Source of the DNA: a virus
Virus genome (UHGV): UHGV-0373465
Strand: one strand, 5' to 3'
DNA: 33,338 bases
The notes under the pieces were generated by a model, which searched no databases, was not told where the DNA came from, and saw only the letters and a program-made list of their open reading frames with translations. Shown piece by piece: positions 1 through 8,858 of the stretch (position 1 is the first letter of the stretch; every line of letters begins with the position of its first letter). Position numbers and translations under genes: made by a program.

Positions 1-40
1 TAAACCCTGTTTTCCTTGCCATAGACACCATCCCTGTCTT

Positions 41-67
41 CCCCCACATGATGTGGGGGTTTTTTTT
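41..67 (+). terminator. Rho-independent terminator-like hairpin (cccccacat-g-atgtggggg followed by T8)
   Basis: Perfect 9-bp inverted repeat at 41-59 followed by a T-run at 60-67, read directly from the sequence; lies outside and downstream of the int 3' end, possibly host-side or attL-associated. Confidence 0.45.
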
Positions 68-152
68 ATCAATCACTTACATCGGTTTCCGTAAGAAAAC
101 AGTAACTTAAGAAAACCTATAAGGGACTGGAAGGGCTACAAAGTTCTGAGAG

Positions 153-173
153 TGTGGACACTATGTGGACACT
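153..173. repeat. Direct repeat TGTGGACACT x2, 1 nt apart, immediately 3' of int stop
   Basis: tgtggacact at 153-162 and again at 164-173; position fits integrase arm-type or att-associated binding sites, function inferred. Confidence 0.4.
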
Positions 174-185
174 CAGAAGGGAAAT

Positions 186-1166
186 TTATAACGTCACTCC
201 GCCTTTTAGAGGATTCAGCGCGACGGCATTTTGCAGGTAGTCAGGCGCAAGGTGCGCATAGGCCATCGTCTGCTGAATGCTCGCATGTCCCAGAATCTGT
301 TGCAGTGCGATTATATTGCCCCCATTCATCATGAAATGGCTTGCGAATGTATGCCGCAGGATGTGGGTTGCCTGATTGGGTGGTATATCTGGCTTCACTC
401 TGCGTAAAATCCCGCAAAACTTCTCATAATCAACTTTGAATAATTTAGCGCTGGCCTCCTCTTTAACTTTTTTCTCCAGTTCCTCAGAAATCGGCACGGT
501 TCGCTTTTTACCGTTTTTGGTTTTCAGGAAGGTAACCCTGCAATTTGTAATCTGTGCTGGTTTTAGCGTGGCAACTTCCGTCCATCTTCCTCCAGTGCTC
601 AGACATAAAAGTGCGACAAGTAAGTCATCACCATCCAAAACATTTAACAGTTTTTCGATTTCTGCTTTTTCCAGGAACGTCATTTCAGGGTTGGCCTCCG
701 CCAGTGGCGGCAGTCCGTGAATTGGGTGTTGCCCGGAAAATTCATCCAATTGAATTAATTTTGTGAACATGCCGGATAATCGGTACATGTCACGGTTTAT
801 CGTTGCGGCACTGATACCATCACGTAGTCGCATGGAACGATAATCCATCAAAGCTCTTTTGCTCATCCGGCTCACTGGTATATCACCTATGCCGCTGATG
901 GTTTTGAGCAGATGATTAAACTCTTTTGTTCCATGCTCGTGGTTTTGCCCGTGATATTTCCACCAGATGTTCAGCAACTCACTCAAAGTTCTGCGATCTG
1001 CTCGCTGACCTGCCCATTCTTTCTGGCTGGCGTAGGCGATTGTGTATCGCTCAAATGCTACAGCCTCAGCTTTTCTTTCAAATTTCCTGCGGATGCGTTT
1101 TCCGTCGCGACCGCGAGGTCTAATGTCCACTTCATAGCGTCCATCATCGAGCTTCTTAATTGACAT
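186..1166 (-). CDS. int: Phage tyrosine integrase (P2 Int-like)
   Basis: ORF 186-1196; translation has a P2 Int-like N-terminus (SIKKLDDGRYEVDIRP) and a C-terminal tyrosine-recombinase region (HILRHTFASHF ... GH ... MAYAH). Start set at the internal ATG 1166, which has a GAGGG Shine-Dalgarno; 1196 is the alternative. Confidence 0.9.
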   Translation of the reverse strand: MSIKKLDDGRYEVDIRPRGRDGKRIRRKFERKAEAVAFERYTIAYASQKEWAGQRADRRTLSELLNIWWKYHGQNHEHGTKEFNHLLKTISGIGDIPVSRMSKRALMDYRSMRLRDGISAATINRDMYRLSGMFTKLIQLDEFSGQHPIHGLPPLAEANPEMTFLEKAEIEKLLNVLDGDDLLVALLCLSTGGRWTEVATLKPAQITNCRVTFLKTKNGKKRTVPISEELEKKVKEEASAKLFKVDYEKFCGILRRVKPDIPPNQATHILRHTFASHFMMNGGNIIALQQILGHASIQQTMAYAHLAPDYLQNAVALNPLKGGVTL

Positions 1167-1235
1167 AAGAAAGCCCTCTGACGCTGTATTCACCATCTTG
1201 GTAACAAATGGTGAAAATGTAATGTTTATAGAGTG

Positions 1236-1529
1236 TTAACCAGTCTGTTTTTCGGAGTGGTCTGATTCTGTTGGTTTTTGCCCAATGTGTGCGAGAGCCG
1301 GCGCGATCTGACCAGCTTGTGGTGACGTATCACCAGTCATTAACCAGAGTGTATATTTTTTAAATAAAGGCGTATTTGTGACTCGCATAACGATGCTGAG
1401 ACCAGGGTCTTTATGCCCACTTTCGTAATTTTTGACTGTTCCTAGAGCTATCCCGCTAATTTCGCTGAATTTCGCCTGTGTTAAGCCTTCTGCTTTCCTA
1501 ATCGCTTTCAGTTTTTCGAATGTCTGCAT
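1236..1529 (-). CDS. C: Immunity repressor C (HTH, P2 C-like)
   Basis: 97 aa; the N-terminal motif LTQAKFSEISGIALGTVKNYESG is a helix-turn-helix; sits between int and cox as in P2. Confidence 0.8.
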   Translation of the reverse strand: MQTFEKLKAIRKAEGLTQAKFSEISGIALGTVKNYESGHKDPGLSIVMRVTNTPLFKKYTLWLMTGDTSPQAGQIAPALAHIGQKPTESDHSEKQTG

Positions 1530-1561
1530 TTGACAGTAACCTATTGGTGACTTATATTCCC

Positions 1562-1650
1562 GTCAAAAGGTTGTGTATTGGTGACCTTTTGAGTGTGTTA
1601 GCCAGTCCCTAGAAAGGACAGGTGCGACCTAGAAGGGACTGGATCTAATA
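1562..1650. promoter_or_regulatory. C/cox developmental switch region: inverted repeat plus direct operator-like repeats (putative Pe/Pc and operators)
   Basis: Inverted repeat tcaaaagg (1563-1570) / ccttttga (1586-1593); direct repeats cctagaaaggac (1608-1619) and cctagaagggac (1628-1639) spaced 20 bp; ccagtccct (1603-1611) is the reverse complement of agggactgg (1635-1643). Lies between divergent C and cox. Confidence 0.5.
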
Positions 1651-1681
1651 AGGGTAACACGAAAGCAAAAAGGGCTAATCA

Positions 1682-1954
1682 ATGGAAGTCAATGACTATG
1701 TGATTCAGTACCCGATTGATGCGGTACATACGGTTAAGTTTGCAGAGTTACTTGGTAAGCCAGAAACGGCTGTAGTCAAGATGGTAAAAGAGAATAAGTT
1801 GCCAGTTATTGAGCTTCGTGATCCAAGTAAGCCGAACGCTCGTGTCGGTGAGAAGTGGGTTTTCATTCCAGAGTTTAATCGCGCTGTACGAGAGGCGTTT
1901 TATAACCGACCAGTTGAACAGCGTGATGCATGGCTTTTGTGGATGGGGTTGTGA
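1682..1954 (+). CDS. cox: Cox-like excisionase / transcriptional regulator
   Basis: 90 aa, first gene of the early rightward operon opposite C; size and position match P2 Cox (91 aa as recalled). Confidence 0.7.
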   Translation: MEVNDYVIQYPIDAVHTVKFAELLGKPETAVVKMVKENKLPVIELRDPSKPNARVGEKWVFIPEFNRAVREAFYNRPVEQRDAWLLWMGL

Positions 1955-1956
1955 TT

Positions 1957-2127
1957 ATGAGTGAACCGCGTTGTATTGCTCAGTTACTGCGTAACGAAAG
2001 CCCCAGGGCGATTGACTTCACCATCACCCACGGTAAGGGGCGTAAGGGAATCATTATCCGCACCAAAAAACAGAGTCCGTTAAAAAAGGCTCTGACCTTT
2101 CTGAAAAGCCGGAGGGGCTGGAAATGA
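1957..2127 (+). CDS. Hypothetical small early protein (P2 orf78 position)
   Basis: ATG at 1957 follows the cox stop by 2 nt; basic 56-aa product; ORF-track ORF 1930-2127. Confidence 0.4.
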   Translation: MSEPRCIAQLLRNESPRAIDFTITHGKGRKGIIIRTKKQSPLKKALTFLKSRRGWK

Positions 2128-2624
2128 CAGTGATGACGCTTAATCTCGTTGAAAAACAGCCAGCAGCTATGCGCCGGATAATTGGCAAGCATCTTGCCGT
2201 CCCTCGCTGGCAGGATACATGTGATTATTATAATCAGATGATGGAGCGCGAACGGCTAACGGTTTGCTTTCATGCACAGTTAAAACAGCGTCACGCAACG
2301 ATGCGTTTTGAAGAAATGAACGACGTCGAACGTGAACGACTGGTTTGTGCAATTGATGAATTGCGTGGCGCATTCTCAAAACGCCGTCAGGTTGGCGCAA
2401 GTGAGTATGCATATATTAGTTTTTTAACAGTCAGTCAGCGTCGCACTTTATTTATGCACGCACGACTGACTGAAAAAGAATTCAACCAGCCATACTGGCG
2501 AATTAATGAAGAATCATGTTACTGGCGTGATGCTTTATTCCGTGCATTACGTGAATTATTCAGTCTGTTTGAGTATGCACCGACAATTCTGACGTCGGTA
2601 AAACCAGAGCAATATCTGCATTAA
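2124..2624 (+). CDS. B: Replication protein B-like (helicase-loader-type)
   Basis: 166 aa, equal to recalled P2 gpB length; ATGA overlap with the upstream ORF; position between cox and A. Confidence 0.65.
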   Translation: MTVMTLNLVEKQPAAMRRIIGKHLAVPRWQDTCDYYNQMMERERLTVCFHAQLKQRHATMRFEEMNDVERERLVCAIDELRGAFSKRRQVGASEYAYISFLTVSQRRTLFMHARLTEKEFNQPYWRINEESCYWRDALFRALRELFSLFEYAPTILTSVKPEQYLH

Positions 2625-2687
2625 ATAATTAACCAGAGTTTTTAACGCACTTAATCGTGCGGGGCTTCTTTTTGCCTGGAGAAAGTC

Positions 2688-2912
2688 ATGCATACAGTTT
2701 CTGAAAATCAGTGCGGTAAATACGCATTACTGCTGCAACAGGCCAGAACCGAAGCACAGGCCGACGCTGCGACGCGCTTTTCTTCTCATCTTGACGCCAT
2801 GATTCGCCATATCACAAAGGCGGAGTTATCCCGCGTGGAGATAGTCGAGCTGCTCAGTCAGGAGTCGGAAAAATTTCACAATATCGGATTGTCTCGCGGG
2901 GAGGTGCTTTGA
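2688..2912 (+). CDS. Hypothetical early protein (P2 orf80 position)
   Basis: 74-aa ORF in the early operon, with a 4-nt overlap onto the next ORF suggesting translational coupling. Confidence 0.5.
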   Translation: MHTVSENQCGKYALLLQQARTEAQADAATRFSSHLDAMIRHITKAELSRVEIVELLSQESEKFHNIGLSRGEVL

Positions 2913-3214
2913 TGTCCTGTTCTCATTCAGTTGTATTACTGAATAACGCCTTAAAAATCGCCGTTATGAAAAATGGCGATTTGTCTCTTATTCAACTTTG
3001 TCTTGATAAAGAAAAACGCGACATAACTGAATCTGTTATCGCGATTTATCAGAATGAATTAAACCTCCTGTCTGATGTGGTCAATTTACTTGTTAAACGC
3101 GCTGTATTCCACAAGCAAATTTCCTCCGTGGATGAACTGACAAAATTAACGACAGAAATCGTCAGCTATTGCGCTGATGAATTTAAGAAACTGAACGACA
3201 AAAGGAACTGGTAA
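2909..3214 (+). CDS. Hypothetical early protein (P2 orf81 position)
   Basis: 101-aa ORF, overlaps both neighbours by 1-4 nt. Confidence 0.5.
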   Translation: MMSCSHSVVLLNNALKIAVMKNGDLSLIQLCLDKEKRDITESVIAIYQNELNLLSDVVNLLVKRAVFHKQISSVDELTKLTTEIVSYCADEFKKLNDKRNW

Positions 3215-3438
3215 TGCCGGACAACGTAGATTTCATTCAGGAACAACAGGCTGAATTACTGGAGCGCCAGATTAACGCGGCAAGGGTAAAACATTGCGGT
3301 GTTTCTGCGCTGGTTTGCGAAGAGTGTGACGTGCCAATACCTGCTGCCCGTCGTGCGGCTTATCCGTCAGCCACGCGTTGTGTTTCCTGTCAGTCAGTCT
3401 TTGAAGCAAAAAACAAACATTACCGGAGAACGGCATGA
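3214..3438 (+). CDS. TraR/DksA-family C4 zinc-finger protein (P2 orf82 position)
   Basis: 74 aa with CxxC ... CxxC (CEECDVPIPAARRAAYPSATRCVSCQ), typical of phage TraR/DksA-like zinc-finger proteins. Confidence 0.65.
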   Translation: MPDNVDFIQEQQAELLERQINAARVKHCGVSALVCEECDVPIPAARRAAYPSATRCVSCQSVFEAKNKHYRRTA

Positions 3439-3710
3439 GTATTCGTATTGAAATTGGCGAACGTTATGTCGTTACCAGTGACAGCTTTCAGTTTATTCTC
3501 CACGAGAAAAAGAGAGCGGAAAGCGGTAAAAACGCCGGTCAGGAATGGCTGTCGGTGGTTGGTTATTACCCGAAATTAAGCCAGCTCGTTTCCGGCATGA
3601 TGCATCACGATATTCTGACCGGAAGCGCAAAGTCTTTTGCTGATTTAAACGCGCAGGTTGAGCAACTCAGCAAGCGTTGTTCAGAGGCTTTTGGCTCATA
3701 TGGCCGTTAA
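3435..3710 (+). CDS. Hypothetical early protein (P2 orf83 position)
   Basis: 91-aa ORF directly upstream of A and overlapping it. Confidence 0.5.
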   Translation: MSIRIEIGERYVVTSDSFQFILHEKKRAESGKNAGQEWLSVVGYYPKLSQLVSGMMHHDILTGSAKSFADLNAQVEQLSKRCSEAFGSYGR

Positions 3711-5985
3711 AGCCTCCGGGCGTTTTGTCCCTCCATCAGCATTTGCCGCAGGCACCGGTAAGGCGTTTACCGGTGCTTATGCATGGAACGCGCCACGCGA
3801 GGCTGTCGGGCGCGAAAGACCCCTTACACGTGACGAGATGCGTCAGGTGCAAGGTGTTTTATCCACGATTAACCGCCTGCCTTACTTTTTGCGCTCGCTG
3901 TTTACTTCACGCTATGACTACATCCGGCGCAATAAAAGCCCGGTGCACGGGTTTTATTTCCTCACATCCACTTTTCAGCGTCGTTTATGGCCGCGCATTG
4001 AGCGCGTGAATCAGCGCCATGAAATGAACACCGACGCGTCGTTGCTGTTTCTGGCAGAGCGTGACCATTATGCGCGTCTGCCGGGGATGAATGACAAGGA
4101 ACTGAAAAAGTTTGCCGCCCGTATCTCATCGCAGCTTTTCATGATGTATGAGGAACTCTGCGATGCATGGGTTGATGCACATGGCGAGAAAGAATCGCTG
4201 TTTACGGATGAGGCTCAGGCGCATCTGTATGGTCATGTTGCTGGCGCTGCACGAGCTTTCAATATTTCCCCTCTCTACTGGAAAAAATACCGTAAAGGAC
4301 AGATGACCACGAGGCAGGCATATTCTGCCATTGCCCGTCTGTTTAACGATGAGTGGTGGACTCATCAGCTTAAAGGTCAGCGTATGCGCTGGCATGAGGC
4401 GTTACTGATTGCTGTCGGGGAGGTGAATAAAGACCGTTCTCCTTATGCCAGTAAACATGCCATTCGTGATGTGCGTGCGCGCCGCCAGGCAAATCTGGAA
4501 TTTCTTAAATCGTGTGACCTTGAAAACAGGGAAACCGGCGAGCGCATCGACCTTATCAGTAAGGTGATGGGAAGTATTTCTAATCCTGAAATTCGCCGGA
4601 TGGAGCTGATGAACACCATTGCCGGTATTGAGCGTTACGCCGCTGCAGAGGGTGATGTGGGGATGTTTATCACGCTGACCGCGCCGTCAAAGTATCACCC
4701 GACACGTCAGGTCGGAAAAGGCGAAAGTAAAACCGTTCAGCTTAATCACGGCTGGAACGATGAGGCATTTAATCCAAAGGATGCGCAGCGTTATCTCTGC
4801 CGTATCTGGAGCCTGATGCGCACGGCATTCAAGGATAATGATTTACAGGCCTACGGTTTGCGTGTCGTCGAGCCACACCACGACGGAACGCCGCACTGGC
4901 ATATGATGCTTTTTTGTAATCCACGCCAGCGTAACCAGATTATCGAAATCATGCGTCGCTATGCGCTCAAAGAGGATGGTGACGAAAGAGGAGCCGCGCG
5001 AAACCGTTTTCAGGCAAAGCACCTTAACCGGGGCGGTGCTGCGGGATATATCGCGAAATACATTTCAAAAAATATCGACGGCTATGCACTGGATGGTCAG
5101 CTCGATAACGATACCGGTAAGCCGCTTAAAGATACTGCCGCGGCTGTTACCGCATGGGCGTCAACGTGGCGCATCCCGCAATTTAAAACGGTTGGACTGC
5201 CGACAATGGGGGCTTACCGTGAACTACGCAAATTGCCTCGCGGCGTCAGTATTGCTGATGAGTTTGACGAACGCGTCGAGGCTGCTCGCGCTGCCGCAGA
5301 CAGTGGTGATTTTGCGTTGTATATCAGCGCGCAGGGTGGGGCAAATGTCCCGCGCGATTGTCAGACTGTCAGGGTTGCCCGTAGCCCGTCGAGTGACGTT
5401 AACGAGTACGAGGAAGAAGTCGAGAGAGTGGTCGGTATTTACGCGCCGCATCTCGGCGCGCGTCATATTCATATCACCAGAACGACGGACTGGCGCATTG
5501 TGCCGAAAGTTCCGGTCGTTGAGCCTTTGACTTTAAAAAGCGGCATCGCCGCGCCTCGGAGTCCTGTCAATAACTGTGGAAAGCTCACCGGCAGTGATAC
5601 TTCGTTACCGGCTCCCACACCTTATGAACATGCCGCAGCCGTGCTTAATCTGGTTGATGACGGTGTTATCGAATGGAATGAGCCAGAGGTCGTGAGGGCG
5701 CTCAGAGGTGCATTAAAACACGAACTGAGAACACCAAATCGTCAGCAGAGAAACGGAAGCCCGTTAAAACCACATGAAATAGCGCCATCGGCCAGACTGA
5801 CCCGGTCGGAACGAACGCAAATTACCCGTATCCGCGTTGACCTTGCTCAGAACGGTATCAGGCCGCAGCGATGGGAGCTTGAGGCGCTGGCGCGTGGCGC
5901 GACCGTAAATTATGACGGGAAAAAATTCACGTATCCGGTCGCTGATGAGTGGCCGGGATTCTCAACAGTAATGGAGTGGACATAA
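3700..5985 (+). CDS. A: Rolling-circle replication initiator endonuclease gpA
   Basis: ORF 3658-5985; the internal ATG at 3700 gives 761 aa, the recalled P2 gpA length; contains a rolling-circle Rep-like motif (GAAGYIAKYISK). Confidence 0.85.
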   Translation: MAVKASGRFVPPSAFAAGTGKAFTGAYAWNAPREAVGRERPLTRDEMRQVQGVLSTINRLPYFLRSLFTSRYDYIRRNKSPVHGFYFLTSTFQRRLWPRIERVNQRHEMNTDASLLFLAERDHYARLPGMNDKELKKFAARISSQLFMMYEELCDAWVDAHGEKESLFTDEAQAHLYGHVAGAARAFNISPLYWKKYRKGQMTTRQAYSAIARLFNDEWWTHQLKGQRMRWHEALLIAVGEVNKDRSPYASKHAIRDVRARRQANLEFLKSCDLENRETGERIDLISKVMGSISNPEIRRMELMNTIAGIERYAAAEGDVGMFITLTAPSKYHPTRQVGKGESKTVQLNHGWNDEAFNPKDAQRYLCRIWSLMRTAFKDNDLQAYGLRVVEPHHDGTPHWHMMLFCNPRQRNQIIEIMRRYALKEDGDERGAARNRFQAKHLNRGGAAGYIAKYISKNIDGYALDGQLDNDTGKPLKDTAAAVTAWASTWRIPQFKTVGLPTMGAYRELRKLPRGVSIADEFDERVEAARAAADSGDFALYISAQGGANVPRDCQTVRVARSPSSDVNEYEEEVERVVGIYAPHLGARHIHITRTTDWRIVPKVPVVEPLTLKSGIAAPRSPVNNCGKLTGSDTSLPAPTPYEHAAAVLNLVDDGVIEWNEPEVVRALRGALKHELRTPNRQQRNGSPLKPHEIAPSARLTRSERTQITRIRVDLAQNGIRPQRWELEALARGATVNYDGKKFTYPVADEWPGFSTVMEWT

Positions 5986-6437
5986 TGGCAAAAATTCACG
6001 AGGTAAAGCTGCACGCAAAATATTTCGACCTTGTGCTGGAAGGAAAGAAACGTGCAGAGTTCCGGAAAAATGACCGTAATTATGAGCGCGGGGACACGTT
6101 GATTTTGTATGAATGGGTGCAGGGTGTGTATACGGGGCGAAATGTTGAAGCCCGGATAACAGATGTTACTGACCTGTCAGACTGGCTGGAAGATTATGTC
6201 TTGCTAAGTATTGAGCTGCTTAATACAGGCGCATATGAGATTGTGAACTGGAAAGAACTTAGTGAGCGTGGCCTGGTATTCAGAATTAATCATGAAATTA
6301 TGCATCAGCTCGGCCTTGCTGTTATGTATGAACCAGAGACGGGGATGTCTGGCGGGGCAATGGTTGCCACGGATGGAGCATGGAACTATTCAGATGAACA
6401 GATGGAGCGTGCACAGCAAAACGGGTGGCTTGGATAA
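5985..6437 (+). CDS. ASCH/DUF3850-like (PUA-fold) domain protein with C-terminal extension
   Basis: ATG at 5985 overlaps the A stop (TAATG) and has a GGAG Shine-Dalgarno; N-terminus KIHEVKLHAKYFDLVLEGKKRAEFRKNDRNYERGDTLIL resembles DUF3850/ASCH proteins; first gene of the accessory island. Confidence 0.55.
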   Translation: MAKIHEVKLHAKYFDLVLEGKKRAEFRKNDRNYERGDTLILYEWVQGVYTGRNVEARITDVTDLSDWLEDYVLLSIELLNTGAYEIVNWKELSERGLVFRINHEIMHQLGLAVMYEPETGMSGGAMVATDGAWNYSDEQMERAQQNGWLG

Positions 6438-6643
6438 TGCACAGAATACCAGGCGAGATACCGCACCATAAAACTAAAAATATCAAGCTGATGGCTATTG
6501 TTCAGCGTTTACAGCGGATTATGGTCAACGAAAATCTGACGCCCGATGAGCTGGTCGGGTGTGCCGAAATAGTCCGGGATAATTACGGGCGGTTTAACCA
6601 TATCGGTCAGTCCAGAGTTGCGCCACCACAACGCAGACGATAG
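6425..6643 (+). CDS. Hypothetical small protein (start uncertain)
   Basis: 72-aa ORF overlapping the 3' end of the ASCH-like gene; no recognisable motif; alternative ATGs at 6437 and 6491. Confidence 0.25.
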   Translation: MAWIMHRIPGEIPHHKTKNIKLMAIVQRLQRIMVNENLTPDELVGCAEIVRDNYGRFNHIGQSRVAPPQRRR

Positions 6644-6830
6644 AGAACGCCGCCAGTCGTGAAACTTGTTTTCAGGGCTGGCGGGGTTGAATAACGAGTG
6701 TCGCGAGGCGTTAGTTTGAGCTTACAATTAAACCTATTGAAAATTAATGAGAAGTCAATTTTATCTTTTTCTCGTTAAAGATGGCCACAACTACTAAAAC
6801 GTGAGAATATCAAGACTTGGCAAAATCTAG

Positions 6831-6885
6831 CTTTTCCCAACGGGGTGTTTCGCTATAATACGCGGTCGGTTTTTAGGAGGGGTCA
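6831..6885 (+). promoter_or_regulatory. Putative sigma70 promoter and RBS for the methyltransferase gene
   Basis: Perfect TATAAT at 6854-6859 in an AT-rich spacer (6650-6885); weak -35 near 6831-6837; AGGAGG at 6875-6880 ahead of ATG 6886. Confidence 0.4.
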
Positions 6886-7824
6886 ATGCCAACTGTAGTT
6901 TCACTTTTTTCTGGATGTGGTGGTTCTGATGCGGGAGTTTTGAACGCAGGTTTCAATGTGCTTATGGCAAATGATATTTTGCCTTACGCAAGGGACGTTT
7001 ACTTAGAAAACCATCCTGAAACTGACTACATTTTGGGCGATATCTCAGGGCTCCAGTCGTTCCCTTCTGCTGAGTTGCTCATCGGATGCTATCCTTGCCA
7101 AGGATTTAGTCAAGGTGGGGCAAGGAAGGCAGATAGAAAGATTAATACACTATATTTAGAGTTTGCCCGTGCTTTGAGTAAAATTAAGCCAAAAGCATTC
7201 ATTGTAGAGAATGTCTCTGGTATGGTAAGGCGTAACTTTGAGCATTTATTAAAGGATCAATTCAAAGTTTTCGAAGAAGCAGGTTATACAGTAAGCTCGC
7301 AAATTCTGAATGCGTCCCATTATGGGGTATCCCAAGATAGGAAGCGAATCTTTATCGTAGGAATACGAAAGGACTACGGTATTACATACAAATTTCCAAA
7401 ACCAACACATGGTGATGGTTTGACACCATATTCCACAATTCGTGATGCTATTGGGCATATGCCTGTTTGGCCTGTTGGCGAGTTTTATGACGCCGATTTT
7501 CATTGGTATTATCTATCGCGAAACCGTAGGCAAGATTGGGATCAGATATCTAAAACAATTGTTGCAAATCCTAGACATATGCCTCTACATCCAATAAGTC
7601 CAACATTAGAAAAATTGGGACCTGATAAGTGGCAATTTACTTCGGATGCACCAGCTCGTAGGTTTAGCTATCGAGAGGCTGCTATTTTACAAGGTTTTGG
7701 GGATTTAATTTTCCCAGAAACTGAACGGGCTTCTATTAATATGAAATATACTGTGGTAGGTAATGCAGTACCGCCTCCATTGTTTGAGGCGGTTGCTAGA
7801 AACCTTCCAGATTTATGGGATTAA
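6886..7824 (+). CDS. DNA (cytosine-5)-methyltransferase, compact (312 aa)
   Basis: C5-MTase motifs in canonical order: FSGCGG (motif I, AdoMet binding), GCYPCQGFSQGG (motif IV, catalytic PCQ), FIVENVSGM (motif VI, ENV), QDRKRIFIVG (motif VIII), VVGNAVPPPL (motif X). AT-rich codon usage unlike the phage backbone. Confidence 0.85.
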   Translation: MPTVVSLFSGCGGSDAGVLNAGFNVLMANDILPYARDVYLENHPETDYILGDISGLQSFPSAELLIGCYPCQGFSQGGARKADRKINTLYLEFARALSKIKPKAFIVENVSGMVRRNFEHLLKDQFKVFEEAGYTVSSQILNASHYGVSQDRKRIFIVGIRKDYGITYKFPKPTHGDGLTPYSTIRDAIGHMPVWPVGEFYDADFHWYYLSRNRRQDWDQISKTIVANPRHMPLHPISPTLEKLGPDKWQFTSDAPARRFSYREAAILQGFGDLIFPETERASINMKYTVVGNAVPPPLFEAVARNLPDLWD

Positions 7825-8858
7825 GCAGCGATCGCGCTGGAAGGATCAAGGATGATATCTAGATAGCTAATATTTTGACTGTGATCAATATTATCAGATG
7901 CTCTGGTTAAATTGATTAATCTTAGGCGATCAACAAAAATAGCATCGCCTAACTTATTTTTATGCGCCCACTCACCATCTATCCATCGTAGATCTTGAGG
8001 TAAGAAATAATAAGTTGCCCATCGGTGAGCTACGGGGAATTTACTGTAGAGCATCGCAGGTGAGGCCTCAAGCTGCTTCGCTTCCCACTCTTCTTGAGAA
8101 CAGCCACACTGAACAAAAGAAATAGGGATGGCATCTCGTTGATCTCCCATTGGATGCCAGGCAATTATGTCAAGGCCTCCGTCACCACTATTTCCTCGAC
8201 TGAAATCTCGTTCTTTGAAGTTCGCTGTGCAACGGATATCGGAAGCAATACTCTTAAATTTATTATATAGAGTTCCAGTGTAAGGGGCCGCTTGACCACC
8301 AGAAGCCCAGCATGCTTTTATTATGCTACCGCTAGGCATTAGGCTTTCAAAAATAGGTAAACTAATTAGTTCAAAACTGCGCGTTATCTCTCTTCTGCTC
8401 ATTATGTTGACATATTTTATGTTAGCACAGATTAGTAAAGCTAAATATAGTCTTTCTAAATGTTCCAGTGGCTTTTCTGATATATCACGTAACTCTACAG
8501 TATCGTTGTCTTCTGATAAAGTAAAAGGGTAACTATCCCCAAATAAATCAATGCGTTGTCGTATGAAGCCTATCGCATAGCTCCACTTTCTGTCAGTATA
8601 TGCTCGACTAACACTTCGTTTTGTTCTCTTGCGTACAGGCGTATCATTTTCATCATCAACATCATAAACGCCCTCTTCTTCTGCTTCATCTGTTTCAGCT
8701 AGTACTGCTTCGGGTTGAGCTTGCAGTGTGCTATATAGGTCTCCTCGACTGAATGACCTGTCGATATTAGTTAAGGCCAATATCTCAATATAATCAGCCC
8801 ATAAATAAGGCTCATTAGAAGGCATTGAATCAAGATTTGTAATCATAATCTCAATCAT
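7821..8858 (-). CDS. Hypothetical protein, distal gene of minus-strand operon; candidate effector/nuclease (unproven)
   Basis: ORF 7821-8930; start likely at ATG 8858 or 8846, just after a GGGAGG and 3-8 nt from the upstream gene's stop. Its stop codon overlaps the MTase stop by 2 nt (convergent). Acidic stretch AETDEAEEEGVYDVDDENDT; no confidently recognised domain. Confidence 0.6.
   Translation of the reverse strand: MIEIMITNLDSMPSNEPYLWADYIEILALTNIDRSFSRGDLYSTLQAQPEAVLAETDEAEEEGVYDVDDENDTPVRKRTKRSVSRAYTDRKWSYAIGFIRQRIDLFGDSYPFTLSEDNDTVELRDISEKPLEHLERLYLALLICANIKYVNIMSRREITRSFELISLPIFESLMPSGSIIKACWASGGQAAPYTGTLYNKFKSIASDIRCTANFKERDFSRGNSGDGGLDIIAWHPMGDQRDAIPISFVQCGCSQEEWEAKQLEASPAMLYSKFPVAHRWATYYFLPQDLRWIDGEWAHKNKLGDAIFVDRLRLINLTRASDNIDHSQNISYLDIILDPSSAIAA

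Noticed and set aside
3677-4395. Alternative-frame ORFs inside gene A (110 aa plus-strand, 89 aa minus-strand)
   Set aside because: Overlap the rolling-circle initiator reading frame, which has the expected size and motifs.
6650-6885. AT-rich 235-bp spacer upstream of the MTase, considered as a possible small RNA or CRISPR-like leader
   Set aside because: No direct repeats with regular spacing and no convincing stem-loop/terminator pair; best explained as the promoter/UTR of horizontally acquired AT-rich cargo.
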